A DNA stretch of 64,000 nucleotides from Bacillota bacterium (GCA_023623175.1 JAMNXU010000013.1:3933-67932); one strand, 5' to 3'; shown: positions 9,624 through 19,468, counted from the stretch's first letter. A program made the numbers and translations. Notes: generated by a model not told the origin, from the letters alone.

Positions 9624-12600
9624 TTACCCGTTCATGAAATAATCCATGGCATTTTTGAATATATCCTGCATCTTGTTGCCGTAAATATTTTTATACAGGT
9701 TTGGCTCATAGCGCTCCGTATGGCCCATTTTGCCGAGAATCAGCCCGTCGCGCGAAACAATTCCCTCTATTGCGTAGTACGATCCGTTGGGATTCAGCGG
9801 CGAAGTCATCGTGGGATTGCCGTCGTAATCCGCGTACTGGAATGCGACCTGCCCGTTTTCGAACAGATCCCTTGCCATTTCCTCCGAAACGATGAACTTG
9901 CCTTCGCCATGGGAAACCGGTATCACAAAGGTTTCTCCCACGGTAAAGGACTTGAGCCACGGGGAATTCGTCGAAGCAACCCTTGTTATTACCATCTGGC
10001 TGCAGTGCCTGTTGATATCGTTCCTGAACAGCGTCGGGCTGTCGGCAGTCAGGTGACCGAGCTGGGAATAGGGCAGCAGTCCCGACTTCACAAGGGCCTG
10101 GAAACCGTTGCAGATCCCGAGAATCAGGCCTTTTCTCTCCAGCAGCGAGTTGATTTCACGGGCCACCTTGTCCGACATGAGCACATTGGCTATGAACTTG
10201 GCCGATCCGTCGGGCTCGTCCCCGGCGCTGAAGCCGCCGGACAATACAAAGATGTCGCATCCGGCAATGAGGCGGGCCATTTCATCGATCGACTCAAATA
10301 CATCACGGCTCGTGAGGTTCCTGAATACCGACGTCGTTATTTTCGCGCCCACCCTCCTGAAGGCCTTGATCGTGTCATAATCGCAGTTCGTTCCGGGGAA
10401 TACGGGCACATAAACTGTCGGAATTTTAGGCTCCATGCCATACCTGAACTCTCTCGGTTTGGGTATATAAATCTCAAGGGTGCCGTGCGCTTCCGTGCGA
10501 TCCCTGAAAACCGAGGCAAATTTCGCGGTATTTGCTTCGTACATTTTATCCATCGATAAAACTGTCCCGTTGATAACGCACCGGTCGCCAGTCTTCCCAA
10601 GGTATTCGCCGAAGGAAAGCTCCCGTGTGGCTTCAACCAGGATTGAGCCGTAATTTAAATTGAACAGATCCTCTTCGCTCACTTCCACTTCAAACCCTAC
10701 GCGGTTTCCGAAACTCATCTTCGCGAGGGCCTCGGAAACACCTCCGAAACCTATGGCGTATGCGCTTACAATGCTGCCTTCCAGGATAGCTTCATGGATC
10801 CTGCTGAAATTCTCCTTGAGCTCTTCTATGTTGGGATTGTAATTGTCAAGCGCATGGTGTTTGACAAGGTAGATGTAATTCCCTGCCTTCTTGAAATCGG
10901 TGGATATTACGTTTCGTGCATCCACTGTCGTTATGCCGAACGCCATCAGCATGGGAGGTACATGCAGGTCCCCGAAGGTGCCCGACATGGAGTCCTTGCC
11001 GCCGATGGAAGGCAGCTTGAAATCGTTCTGAATCTTGATTGCACCAAGCAGGGAACTGAAGGGAATACCCCACGAGCGCGCGTCGCTCATCTTCCTGAAA
11101 TATTCCTGGAACGAAAACCTTATTCTCCTGTAGTCCGCGCCCGCGGCAACAATTTTGGCGATTGCTTCAATCACTGCATACTGGCTGCCGTGATACGGGC
11201 TCCATTTTGAAATTTCAGGATTATATCCGTAAGCCATCATGGATGCCAGGTCGGTGTAGCCTTCCACGGGGAATTTCTGGACCGAAACCTGCGTCTCCGA
11301 CGCCTGGTATTTCCCGCCGAAAGGCATCAGTACCGTGGAGGCCCCGATGGTTGAGTCGAACATCTCAATAAGTCCTTTTTGAGAAAGCACATTCCTGTCA
11401 GACAGGTTATTCAGGATCTTTTCTTCAAGGTTGTTGCCGGGAATCTTTCTCTCAAAAGGATTCCTGTTCTCCACGGCCGCAACGACAACATCGGCACTGC
11501 GTTTTGCGCCGGCGCTGTCTATGAAGCTGCGCTTTAAGTTCACGCATTCCCTGCCGTTATAGAACATCCTCATGCGCCCGGTATCGGTGACATCGGCAAC
11601 GTGGACCACCTCGAGATTTTCCTCGTAACAGTATTTCATGAACTCTTCAGCATGTTTCGCATCAAGCACAACGGCCATGCGTTCCTGGGACTCGGAAATC
11701 GCGAGCTCCGTTTCATTGAGGCCGTTATATTTCACCTGCACCCTGTCAAGGTAAATATCCAGGCTGTCCGCGAGTTCTCCAATCGCAACCGAAACGCCAC
11801 CGGCCCCGAAATCGTTGGATTTCTTGATCAGCCTTGTAACCTCGGGTCTGCGGAACAATCTCTGGATCTTGCGTTCCTCGGGAGCATTACCCTTTTGCAC
11901 TTCGCTCGAGCACTCATCTATGGAGTTCAGGTTATGTTCCTTCGAGGAACCCGTGGCTCCTCCTATGCCGTCGCGCCCGGTTCTCCCGCCGAGCATCAGG
12001 ACCACGTCGCCGGGCGCCGGTTCCTCGCGGCGAATATTCTCATATTTTACAGCGCCTGCTACTGCGCCTACTTCAAGCCTCTTTGCCACGAATCCGTCGT
12101 CATATATTTCGCGGACATGGGTCGTCGCAAGGCCGACCTGGTTGCCATAGCTTGAAAAGCCATGGGCCGCCTTTGTTGAAATAACACGCTGCGGAAGCTT
12201 TCCGGGCAGTGTGTCTTCCACACTTTCATAAATATTGGCTGCGCCGGTGACACGCATTGCCTGGTACACGTAGCTTCTGCCCGAGAGAGGGTCGCGGATG
12301 GCCCCTCCAAGGCACGTGGAAGCGCCTCCGAACGGCTCGATCTCCGTCGGGTGATTATGGGTTTCGTTCTTGAACTGCAGCAGCCATTTTTCCACCCTGC
12401 CGTCTACGGGCACGTCAACGAAAATCGAGCACGCATTGCGTTCACCGGACTCCTCGAGGTCATCGAGGTATCCGTGTTTGCGTAAGTATTTTGCGGCAAT
12501 GACGGCCATGTCCATCAAAGAGACATCTTTCGATTCAGCCCCCAAATCCTTTCTCATCGCGTGGTACAAATCCAGGGCTTCCTCGAGTTCCTTCCTGATA

Positions 12601-13310
12601 AAGCTATCCTCGATCGTTATGGTTTTCAGCGAGGTATTGAACGTAGTATGCCTGCAGTGGTCCGACCAGTAGGTATCGAGAATCCGGATTTCCGTTTCAT
12701 TGGGGTCTCTTCCCTCTTCGCGGAAATAATCCTGCACGCACAGTATATCGTCCTCGCTCATCGCCAGTCCCATTTCCCGGATCAGGTCAGCCAGTCCCTG
12801 CCGGTCCAGGTTTCTGAATCCCTCAAGCACGGGAACGGGCTTCGGTATAGCCCTGTCACTGTATTCCAGCACCGACAGATCCTTTTCCCTCGACTCCACG
12901 CGGTTAATGTAATATTTCTTGATTTTTTCAATATCCTCTTCCGATACATCGTCGTCAAAAATAAGCAGCCGCGCGCTTTTCACCGCCACATTGCACTCAG
13001 GATCTATGAGCCTTACGCAGGATTCCGCTGAAGCCGCCCTCTGGTCAAACTGCCCGGGCAGGTATTCCACCGCGAGATATTTTTTGCCTGACAAATCCAG
13101 TTCTTCATATACGTTATCAGTCTGTATTTCGCCGAATACCCGGTATTTAGACTTCTCCAGCAGTTCCTCCGAAATGTTGAACAGGTCGTAGACGTTGAGA
13201 AGCCTGAGGGATTTGATATTCAGACCCAGGTTTGTGTTCAGGTCATTTTTCAGGCTTTCGGCTTCCACCCGAAATGCTTCCTTTTTTTCAACAAAGATAC
13301 GACAGTTCAT
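9624..13310 (-). CDS. purL: Phosphoribosylformylglycinamidine synthase, single-chain large form
   Basis: 1228 aa. Fused FGAM synthetase (AIR-synthase-like repeats) plus a C-terminal glutamine amidotransferase with the GICNGFQ nucleophile motif. Confidence 0.95.
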   Translation of the reverse strand: MNCRIFVEKKEAFRVEAESLKNDLNTNLGLNIKSLRLLNVYDLFNISEELLEKSKYRVFGEIQTDNVYEELDLSGKKYLAVEYLPGQFDQRAASAESCVRLIDPECNVAVKSARLLIFDDDVSEEDIEKIKKYYINRVESREKDLSVLEYSDRAIPKPVPVLEGFRNLDRQGLADLIREMGLAMSEDDILCVQDYFREEGRDPNETEIRILDTYWSDHCRHTTFNTSLKTITIEDSFIRKELEEALDLYHAMRKDLGAESKDVSLMDMAVIAAKYLRKHGYLDDLEESGERNACSIFVDVPVDGRVEKWLLQFKNETHNHPTEIEPFGGASTCLGGAIRDPLSGRSYVYQAMRVTGAANIYESVEDTLPGKLPQRVISTKAAHGFSSYGNQVGLATTHVREIYDDGFVAKRLEVGAVAGAVKYENIRREEPAPGDVVLMLGGRTGRDGIGGATGSSKEHNLNSIDECSSEVQKGNAPEERKIQRLFRRPEVTRLIKKSNDFGAGGVSVAIGELADSLDIYLDRVQVKYNGLNETELAISESQERMAVVLDAKHAEEFMKYCYEENLEVVHVADVTDTGRMRMFYNGRECVNLKRSFIDSAGAKRSADVVVAAVENRNPFERKIPGNNLEEKILNNLSDRNVLSQKGLIEMFDSTIGASTVLMPFGGKYQASETQVSVQKFPVEGYTDLASMMAYGYNPEISKWSPYHGSQYAVIEAIAKIVAAGADYRRIRFSFQEYFRKMSDARSWGIPFSSLLGAIKIQNDFKLPSIGGKDSMSGTFGDLHVPPMLMAFGITTVDARNVISTDFKKAGNYIYLVKHHALDNYNPNIEELKENFSRIHEAILEGSIVSAYAIGFGGVSEALAKMSFGNRVGFEVEVSEEDLFNLNYGSILVEATRELSFGEYLGKTGDRCVINGTVLSMDKMYEANTAKFASVFRDRTEAHGTLEIYIPKPREFRYGMEPKIPTVYVPVFPGTNCDYDTIKAFRRVGAKITTSVFRNLTSRDVFESIDEMARLIAGCDIFVLSGGFSAGDEPDGSAKFIANVLMSDKVAREINSLLERKGLILGICNGFQALVKSGLLPYSQLGHLTADSPTLFRNDINRHCSQMVITRVASTNSPWLKSFTVGETFVIPVSHGEGKFIVSEEMARDLFENGQVAFQYADYDGNPTMTSPLNPNGSYYAIEGIVSRDGLILGKMGHTERYEPNLYKNIYGNKMQDIFKNAMDYFMNG

Positions 13311-13484
13311 GTTGCACCCCTTCTATAAAATCGAAAAGCAGCGGCAGCAGCCACTGTTTTACACCACATAAATAAAGCTGCTCACCTTATGGCCTAAACC
13401 TTAACCGGCTTTATGGTAAGCAGTCTCAGATAAACAGAAAGCAAAAAACTATTATGCTTGCCACTAAAAGGAAACAGCGGCAAG

Positions 13485-13505
13485 CAAAAAAAGACCTTCC
13501 GGTCT
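13485..13505 (-). terminator. Terminator-like hairpin of the purine riboswitch expression platform
   Basis: The minus strand reads AGACC-ggaa-GGTCT followed by TTTTTTT, directly 3' of the aptamer. The stem is short (5 GC-rich bp plus an A-U extension), so the call is tentative. Confidence 0.4.
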
Positions 13506-13510
13506 GTTTA

Positions 13511-13578
13511 TCTTGTAGTCTCTAAATTTACGGTTTAGAGGTAGAAACTGGCTTACCAATTAAAGCCATTATACAAGA
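13511..13578 (-). promoter_or_regulatory. Purine riboswitch aptamer (guanine/hypoxanthine type)
   Basis: Minus-strand RNA is UCUUGUA-UAAU-GGCUUUAAUUGGUAAGCC-AGUUUCUACC-UCUAAACCGUAAAUUUAGAG-ACUACAAGA. This gives P1/P2/P3 with the conserved J2/3 AGUUUCUACC, L3 CCGUAAAU, and a C at the specificity position in J3/1. Located upstream of purL-purF. Confidence 0.85.
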
Positions 13579-13641
13579 TTATTTATTTTTATTCAATTTA
13601 CTTTTACATAATAACATAAAGCACAACATCATGCAACCCAT

Positions 13642-13698
13642 GGGACAAGGGGACGGCATGGGACAAGGGTGGGACACGGGGTCGGTTCCCCTGTCCCC
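13642..13698. repeat. GGGACA..TGTCCC repeat locus (two truncated units plus one full unit)
   Basis: gggacaaggggacgg, gggacaaggg, and gggacacggggtcggttcccctgtcccc. Confidence 0.8.
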
Positions 13699-13700
13699 AT

Positions 13701-13833
13701 ATCCCACCCTGTCTTCTTTCTTGTCAATCCCTAATTCTTCCTTAATGTATTCCCAATTTTCCTTAACCTTTCTTCCATTCTTACTTTAACATATCATTTC
13801 TTTCTTAACCTATCCCCAGTTCTTTCTTTATCG
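13701..13833. repeat. Decaying ~22-nt tandem array derived from the kbl 3' end
   Basis: Read on the minus strand from the coding end: aaagaaagaactggggataggTTAA | gaaagaaatgatatgTTAA | agtaagaatggaagaaaggTTAA | ggaaaattgggaatacaTTAA | ggaagaattagggattgacaa | gaaagaagacagggtgggat. The first unit encodes KKELGIG-stop. Confidence 0.7.
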
Positions 13834-14992
13834 AGGCAAATACCTCAACGGCAAAATCAAGATCTTCCCTGCTATGGGCTGCTGATACCTGCGTCCTTAT
13901 GCGGGCCTTGCCCCTGGGAACCACGGGATAGAAGAACCCGACGGCATAAATCCCCTTTTCGAACAGTTTTCGCGACATCTCCTGGGCAAGCAGCGCATCT
14001 CCCAGCATAACCGGCACTATTGGATGAATGCTGTCGTTGATTGAAAAGCCCTCCTCCTTCATCCTCCTGCGGAAATAGGCCGTATTTTCAAAAAGTTTGT
14101 CCCTCAGCGCCGTGGAGGATTCGAGAATGTCGAGGACCTTTATCGAAGCCGCAGCAATTGCAGGCGCCAGCGTATTCGAGAACAGGTAAGGCCTTGACCT
14201 CTGTCTCAGAAGGTCAATGATCTCCTTCCTGCCGCTGGCATAACCGCCGCTCGCTCCCCCGAGGGCTTTGCCCAATGTTCCCGTGATAATGTCGACCCTT
14301 CCCATTACGCCGCAGTATTCGTGGGTGCCGCGACCCTTTTCTCCCATGAAACCGACGGCATGGCTGTCATCCACCATGACTAGGGCATTGTAACGTTCGG
14401 CCAGGTCGCATATCGTTTTCAGGTCCGCTATAATCCCGTCCATTGAAAATACCCCGTCGGTTACAATAAGGCGAATGCGCGCATTTTGTGCTTCCTTCAG
14501 CTTAGCTTCAAGGTCTTCCATGTCATTGTTTTTGTACCTGTAACGGGCTGCCTTGCAAAGGCGAACACCGTCGATGATGCTTGCATGGTTCAGTTCATCG
14601 CTGATAACAGCGTCCTGTTCGTTCAAAAGCACTTCAAATATCCCGCCATTGGCGTCAAAACAGGATGAATAAAGAATGGTATCCTCCGTTCCGAGAAAAT
14701 TCGTAATTCTTCTTTCCAGTTCCTTGTGAATTGCCTGGGTTCCGCAGATAAAGCGGACGGAAGCAAGCCCGTAACCCCATTTGTCGTAGCTCTCCTTCGC
14801 CGCTTCTATAACTTCAGGGTGGTTCGCCAGGCCAAGATAATTATTGGAGCACATATTGAGCAGGCGACCGTACTTGCCCGTCTGTATGCGGGCATCCTGC
14901 GGACTCTCGATGACCACTTCATCTTTCCACAGTCCGCTCTCCCTGATATTCGACAGTTCATTTTCAAAAACTGACAGGATTTCTTTTTTCAT
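13805..14992 (-). CDS. kbl: Glycine C-acetyltransferase (2-amino-3-ketobutyrate CoA ligase)
   Basis: PLP-dependent alpha-oxoamine synthase family. Contains the [14 protein letters not shown] and TLGKALGG (Lys) motifs. Start set at MKKEIL (GGAGGGG RBS). Lies downstream of tdh. Confidence 0.9.
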   Translation of the reverse strand: MKKEILSVFENELSNIRESGLWKDEVVIESPQDARIQTGKYGRLLNMCSNNYLGLANHPEVIEAAKESYDKWGYGLASVRFICGTQAIHKELERRITNFLGTEDTILYSSCFDANGGIFEVLLNEQDAVISDELNHASIIDGVRLCKAARYRYKNNDMEDLEAKLKEAQNARIRLIVTDGVFSMDGIIADLKTICDLAERYNALVMVDDSHAVGFMGEKGRGTHEYCGVMGRVDIITGTLGKALGGASGGYASGRKEIIDLLRQRSRPYLFSNTLAPAIAAASIKVLDILESSTALRDKLFENTAYFRRRMKEEGFSINDSIHPIVPVMLGDALLAQEMSRKLFEKGIYAVGFFYPVVPRGKARIRTQVSAAHSREDLDFAVEVFASIKKELGIG

Positions 14993-15177
14993 TGTATCCC
15001 CTCCGTACAATATACTAAACCCGCGCTGTCAATTTTTCTGCGTGGTTTAACTGACCTCCCGGCTGTTTGGCACGGATCCCCCGCGCTTATATTCAGCACT
15101 GCGCATTGCTGACTTGTATGTGTACCATAAACATCTGAAATGCCCGTTACGGCTACCGTTCGGGACAAATCCATAAA

Positions 15178-16203
15178 TCAGCTCCATTCCAGTATGACCT
15201 TGCCGCAATTGCCCGAAATCATCGCTTCAAAGCCCTTTTCAAATTCGGTGTAATGGAACCGGTGGGTTATCACGGGCGAAATATCCAGGCCCGATTGGAC
15301 CATGACCGTCATCTTGTACCATGTCTCAAACACCTGGCGGCCGTAAATTCCTTTTATGGTCAAACCATTGAACACCACCCTGTCCCAGTCAATAGTGGCA
15401 CCGGGCTTTTGCAGCCCCAGCACGGCAATCTTTCCCCCGTGGGCCATTGAATTGACCAGCGTATTGAAAGCGCTTTCATTGCCCGACATTTCAAATCCCA
15501 CGTCAAAACCTTCCTTCATTCCAAGGCTCCTCATCGCTTCCTCCACGCTCTGGTTTTGCACGTCCACGGTAACGGTAGCGCCCATTTTTTTCGCCAGTTC
15601 CAGGCGATACGGATTAACATCGGTAACGACAATATAACGTGCGCCGGCATGCTTCGCCACTGCCGCAGACATTATGCCAATGGGTCCCGCACCCGTAATC
15701 AATACATCTTCCCCCAGAACATCAAAGGTGAGAGCCGTATGAACCGCATTTCCGAACGGATCAAAGCAGGACAGGATATCGGTCGGAATGGAAGGATCAC
15801 AGTGCCACACGTTGGTTTCCGGTATGCAGATATATTCTGCGAATGCCCCGTCGCGGTTGACGCCGACTCCGCTTGTGTTTTTGCACAGGTGCCTTCTGCC
15901 TGCAAGACAGTTTCTGCACACTCCGCATGTCAGGTGGCCTTCGCCCGAAACAAGATCACCGACTTTTACACTGCGGACATTGCTTCCGTAATCCACCACG
16001 GTCCCGACAAATTCATGGCCAATAACCATCGGCACCGGGATGGTTTTCTTCGCCCACTCATCCCAGTTGTATATATGTACATCAGTACCGCAAATGGAAG
16101 TTTTTTTAACCTTTATCAATACATCATTCGGACCGGGCTTTGGGACCGGAACCTCCCCGAGCCACAATCCCCGTTCCGGGTATTTCTTTATCAAAGCTTT
16201 CAT
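15178..16203 (-). CDS. tdh: L-threonine 3-dehydrogenase
   Basis: Zinc-dependent MDR family, with [15 protein letters not shown] and the structural zinc motif [15 protein letters not shown]. The MKALIKK start is homologous to the E. coli Tdh N-terminus. Confidence 0.9.
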   Translation of the reverse strand: MKALIKKYPERGLWLGEVPVPKPGPNDVLIKVKKTSICGTDVHIYNWDEWAKKTIPVPMVIGHEFVGTVVDYGSNVRSVKVGDLVSGEGHLTCGVCRNCLAGRRHLCKNTSGVGVNRDGAFAEYICIPETNVWHCDPSIPTDILSCFDPFGNAVHTALTFDVLGEDVLITGAGPIGIMSAAVAKHAGARYIVVTDVNPYRLELAKKMGATVTVDVQNQSVEEAMRSLGMKEGFDVGFEMSGNESAFNTLVNSMAHGGKIAVLGLQKPGATIDWDRVVFNGLTIKGIYGRQVFETWYKMTVMVQSGLDISPVITHRFHYTEFEKGFEAMISGNCGKVILEWS

Positions 16204-16311
16204 TGTATTATTCCCCATAATCTTTACCCCCATCAGGATTTATGCCGTCTGAACAGGATGCCCTATCTTGTTCTTCCTGGCATTCCGAATTTTTATTCCT
16301 GTTACATTATA

Positions 16312-16325
16312 TTCAATATATTGAA
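16312..16325. promoter_or_regulatory. Perfect 14-bp palindrome TTCAATATATTGAA, candidate operator
   Basis: Sits at about +5 to +18 of the predicted tdh promoter, in the divergent region shared with the XRE-cupin regulator. Confidence 0.3.
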
Positions 16326-16336
16326 CTCTATGTAGA

Positions 16337-16365
16337 ATTATATTAAATTTCACTTGCCAATGCAA
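16337..16365 (-). promoter_or_regulatory. Sigma-A-type promoter for tdh-kbl
   Basis: Minus strand: TTGCAT, 17 nt, TATAAT. Confidence 0.5.
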
Positions 16366-16653
16366 CAAAATCACAGCAATAATTTGTTAAAAACAAAAAC
16401 ATTTTTCCGCCGGGATCCGCAGCGGAGCACGCCACCTTGAAATGGTCTGTTTATGAGATATATAATTGTGGAAGTAAATATTTGTGTACTTGTGGGATAA
16501 AACTTAACCAGGATAAATGTTGGAGGGTAATGCTAAAACCTGAGCAAAATTATAACCGGAGTTAATTATGACCGGGGTAAAATTTCAGCCGGCATTAAAC
16601 TATTGCGATTCCCGAGAACGGAAAGGAAATACGGCGTAAGGGAGAGTGAATTT

Positions 16654-17229
16654 ATGAACGACATGCAGCCTCCGGTTGTGGGTCGAAACATCATGAATTA
16701 CCGCAAAGCGAAAAACATGAGCCTCGATGAACTGTCAAAACGATCCGGGGTGTCCAAATCCATGCTTTCGCAGATTGAACAGATGAAAACCAACCCCACG
16801 GTAATCACGGTATGGAAAATTGCCCGTGCGCTGGAAACATCGCTTGAAGACCTGGTTGAAGCAGAATCGGACACGGATATCGAAGTGGTCCGCAACATGG
16901 ACGCCACGGTCATATATTCCGATGACAAATCCTGCAGGATAAAAATCAATTCTCCCATCCATCTGTCCGATACATTAGAACTCTACCATATGCAGTTCAA
17001 GCCCTTCGGCAAACTGAGCTCCAATCCCCACTACCCGAAAGTCGAGGAGTTTGTAACTGTAATTTCGGGTAAAGTAAAGATAACATCGGGGAACTTCGAT
17101 GTAGTCCTGAACGAGGGAGACACGGCGCGTTATCGTGCCGACCGCCCGCACAAAATAGAAAACCTTACTGACAAGGAAGCGGAAATATACATGGTGGTTG
17201 TATTCCCTAAAGAAATAAGATCGAAATAA
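16654..17229 (+). CDS. XRE-family HTH regulator with C-terminal cupin domain
   Basis: N-terminal HTH_3 (MSLDELSKRSGVSKSMLSQIEQMKTNPTVITVWKIARAL) plus a cupin_2-like C-terminus (GDTARYRADRPHKIEN). Start set at MNDMQ (AAGGGAGAG RBS). Confidence 0.8.
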   Translation: MNDMQPPVVGRNIMNYRKAKNMSLDELSKRSGVSKSMLSQIEQMKTNPTVITVWKIARALETSLEDLVEAESDTDIEVVRNMDATVIYSDDKSCRIKINSPIHLSDTLELYHMQFKPFGKLSSNPHYPKVEEFVTVISGKVKITSGNFDVVLNEGDTARYRADRPHKIENLTDKEAEIYMVVVFPKEIRSK

Positions 17230-17250
17230 TGAAGAACTCATACAAATCGA

Positions 17251-17466
17251 TGTGCCACAGCTATTTCAGGCGATTTGCCGTTGCCATTTAGAATATTGCG
17301 CCACGGCTAATTCCTGTGATTTGCTGTTGCTATTTAAAACTTGCTATTTAAAACGATATGCCACACAAAATCTGGCAATTCACTACTGCCAATTAATGCA
17401 GCGTGCCATTGCCAATTCATGCGATATTCCGTTGCGAATTAATAGTTCTCGCCAGCTGATGCACTG
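17251..17466. repeat. Degenerate tandem array related to the 3' end of the downstream-facing minus gene
   Basis: The minus strand after the stop of 17467..18198 repeats variants of TTAAATAGCAGTGC: attaattcgcaacgg, tgaattggcaatggc, attaattggcagtag, ttttaaatagcaag, ttttaaatagcaacagc, ttctaaatggcaacggc, ctgaaatagctgtggc. Confidence 0.55.
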
Positions 17467-18198
17467 CTATTTAATCAAGGCATTAAACAGCAAAACAATC
17501 GGCAGAATAACAGGCTGATGCAGCAGGTATATCAGCAGTGAATGCCTGCTCAGGAATAAAATAACCCTGTTCTCATAGCTGAATCCAAACAATGACTTTC
17601 TCTTGTAATAGTAGAGCTTGTACGCAATCACGCCGAGTATGAAAACCGCCATGTATGGACACAGCGGATAATAATCAAGGGAACTGAATCCTTCATACCT
17701 CACCCCGAAGGGCAGCAAAAGAGCACTGCCCGCGCTGATCCTTCTCAGGGGAATTGCCGCAAGGGCTGTAATAACCGACACAGCGAGCAAAAGAATATTA
17801 TTTGCTTTTTTCATGACCGGAAAAAGAATCATGCATACGCCCAAAAAGTGCAGGATCCCGAACCTGACATAGGACTCCCTGAAAAATATCCAGGTCGCGG
17901 CGGTGACAAGCATTCCTGCCCCAAGCACCCTGAGACCCCTTTTCACTGAATTGCGGCTGAACCCGCTGCTGATACCGGAGATAAAAATAAACAGAAGCGC
18001 TGAAGTTTTCCCCGTCCAGTACCACATGCCGGAAGTTATATCTATATTAACGGGCGTGAAAAAATACAGGTCATATGCCGTGTGAAAAATGACCATGAGG
18101 ATGATGGCAACTGCGCGGAAAAAGTCAATTTCCCAGATTCTTTTGTTCCCTGTGCCAGGTCCGGTGTTTCTGCTTTCGTTTTTTGATTTCCTAATCAT
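17467..18198 (-). CDS. DUF1624/heparan-alpha-glucosaminide N-acetyltransferase-like polytopic membrane protein
   Basis: 243 aa, multi-TM. The N-terminal RIWEIDFFRAVAIILMVIFH motif is typical of this acyltransferase-like family. Confidence 0.65.
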   Translation of the reverse strand: MIRKSKNESRNTGPGTGNKRIWEIDFFRAVAIILMVIFHTAYDLYFFTPVNIDITSGMWYWTGKTSALLFIFISGISSGFSRNSVKRGLRVLGAGMLVTAATWIFFRESYVRFGILHFLGVCMILFPVMKKANNILLLAVSVITALAAIPLRRISAGSALLLPFGVRYEGFSSLDYYPLCPYMAVFILGVIAYKLYYYKRKSLFGFSYENRVILFLSRHSLLIYLLHQPVILPIVLLFNALIK

Positions 18199-18289
18199 GT
18201 CGTTTTACGCTTTCTACATATTGCTTTACTTGGGTTTCCCTGTTGTTACCTGTTGATTATCTTTTCGCATTTTCTCGTGTGATATGCCA

Positions 18290-18632
18290 TTAATTCGATT
18301 TATTGCGCTTCTGCCCCCACTGCTCAAGCCTGAGCGGAACATCTTCTCCTATTACTTTCATTTCCAGGAGTGATTGCAAAAAATCCGGCTGTTCCTTCAG
18401 ATATTCCATTGCTTCTGCTACCGTCTTTCCTCTTTCCTATAACTTCCCCCGATGCAAAGCCAAATTCATCAATGCCGTACATAAAAAGCGTGTAGTTACC
18501 TGTATCGGACATGACCCATTCTATAAAATCCACCACATATCTTACATTGGGCGATTCTGCATTAAATACTTTTAAGGTCTGTCTATCATTTTCCTGAAGG
18601 GACTCCTGCAGTGTATAAAATTTATGTAGCAT
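18290..18632 (-). pseudogene. Small cytoplasmic protein gene interrupted by a +1 frameshift (possibly immunity-protein-like)
   Basis: Frame 1 reads MLHKFYTLQESLQ...GFASGEVIGK and then becomes implausible. Shifting one nt within the A/G run at 18424-18438 gives ..GKTVAEAMEYLKEQPDFLQSLLEMKVIGEDVPLRLEQWGQKRNKSN-stop. The 343-nt span (3k+1) fits a single-nt insertion. Confidence 0.45.
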
Positions 18633-18787
18633 TTTTTACTTGCCTTTGCAATCTCTTTACTGACTTCCTTTAATCTCGCTTCATAATATGGATCAGCAAT
18701 ATCCGCTTCGTCCGATATAGAAGTCGGTATGGCAAATGTCAATGTTATGAGGTTTCTGCCACCGACAGTTGGTGCTGAAGCACAAAA

Positions 18788-18812
18788 AACGCCTGATTCG
18801 TTGTCAGGCGTT
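18788..18812. terminator. Bidirectional rho-independent terminator
   Basis: AACGCCTGA-ttcgttg-TCAGGCGTT, flanked by an A-run on one side and a T-run on the other. Lies downstream of chrA. Confidence 0.65.
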
Positions 18813-18901
18813 TTCCAATATTTTGTGGCGTTTTTCTAAAGTATCTTTACCGTTTTATAATGCGTTTTCGTAAATAATTACTCCAATATCCAGAAACATA
18901 T

Positions 18902-19468
18902 TTAAAATTTAAATATTACCCCTATCACCGCGGCAACGGCAATATACACGATCGGATGCCTGTTCCATTTTAGTATCGCAAAAAGCATCGCCGCAAACAG
19001 CAATATCATTTTTAAATCTAACAAATCAACAAGCTTGCCCGTGTCAACAAATTTCTGGATATCTACCAGGGCCACTTTCGCCACCTCGAAACCGGCCGCC
19101 GCGATAAGTCCCGTAACCGCAGGTCTCAGCCCGCTGAAGGCCGATTTGACAATGGTGTTTTCATGGAATTTCATAAAATAATGGGCCAGGATAATCACTA
19201 TTATAAGCGACGGCATGCAAACACTCACCGAAGCAAGAACGGAACCCAAAACGCCGGCGGTTTTAAATCCCACGAATGTAGCCATGTTGATACCAATGGG
19301 ACCGGGCGTGGATTCGGAAATGGCTATCATGTCAATAAACTGCTGTGCCGTAAGCCATCCGTGTTTTGTAACGATCTCGTCCTGGAGCAGCGGAAGCATT
19401 GACAATCCGCCGCCGTAGGAAAACAACCCGATTTTAAAAAATGTAATCATCAGTTTCAGAAAAATCAT
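18902..19468 (-). CDS. chrA: Chromate transporter family protein (second half of a split ChrA pair)
   Basis: 188 aa. FKIGLFSYGGGLSMLPLL motif. 4-nt overlap with the upstream partner. Confidence 0.85.
   Translation of the reverse strand: MIFLKLMITFFKIGLFSYGGGLSMLPLLQDEIVTKHGWLTAQQFIDMIAISESTPGPIGINMATFVGFKTAGVLGSVLASVSVCMPSLIIVIILAHYFMKFHENTIVKSAFSGLRPAVTGLIAAAGFEVAKVALVDIQKFVDTGKLVDLLDLKMILLFAAMLFAILKWNRHPIVYIAVAAVIGVIFKF

Noticed and set aside
13572-13606. Perfect-looking promoter TTGAAT, 17 nt, TATAAT upstream of purL
   Set aside because: The TATAAT is the conserved J1/2 of the purine riboswitch and lies inside P1/J1-2. Starting transcription there would delete the P1 5' strand. The real promoter must lie further upstream, and I could not place it confidently.
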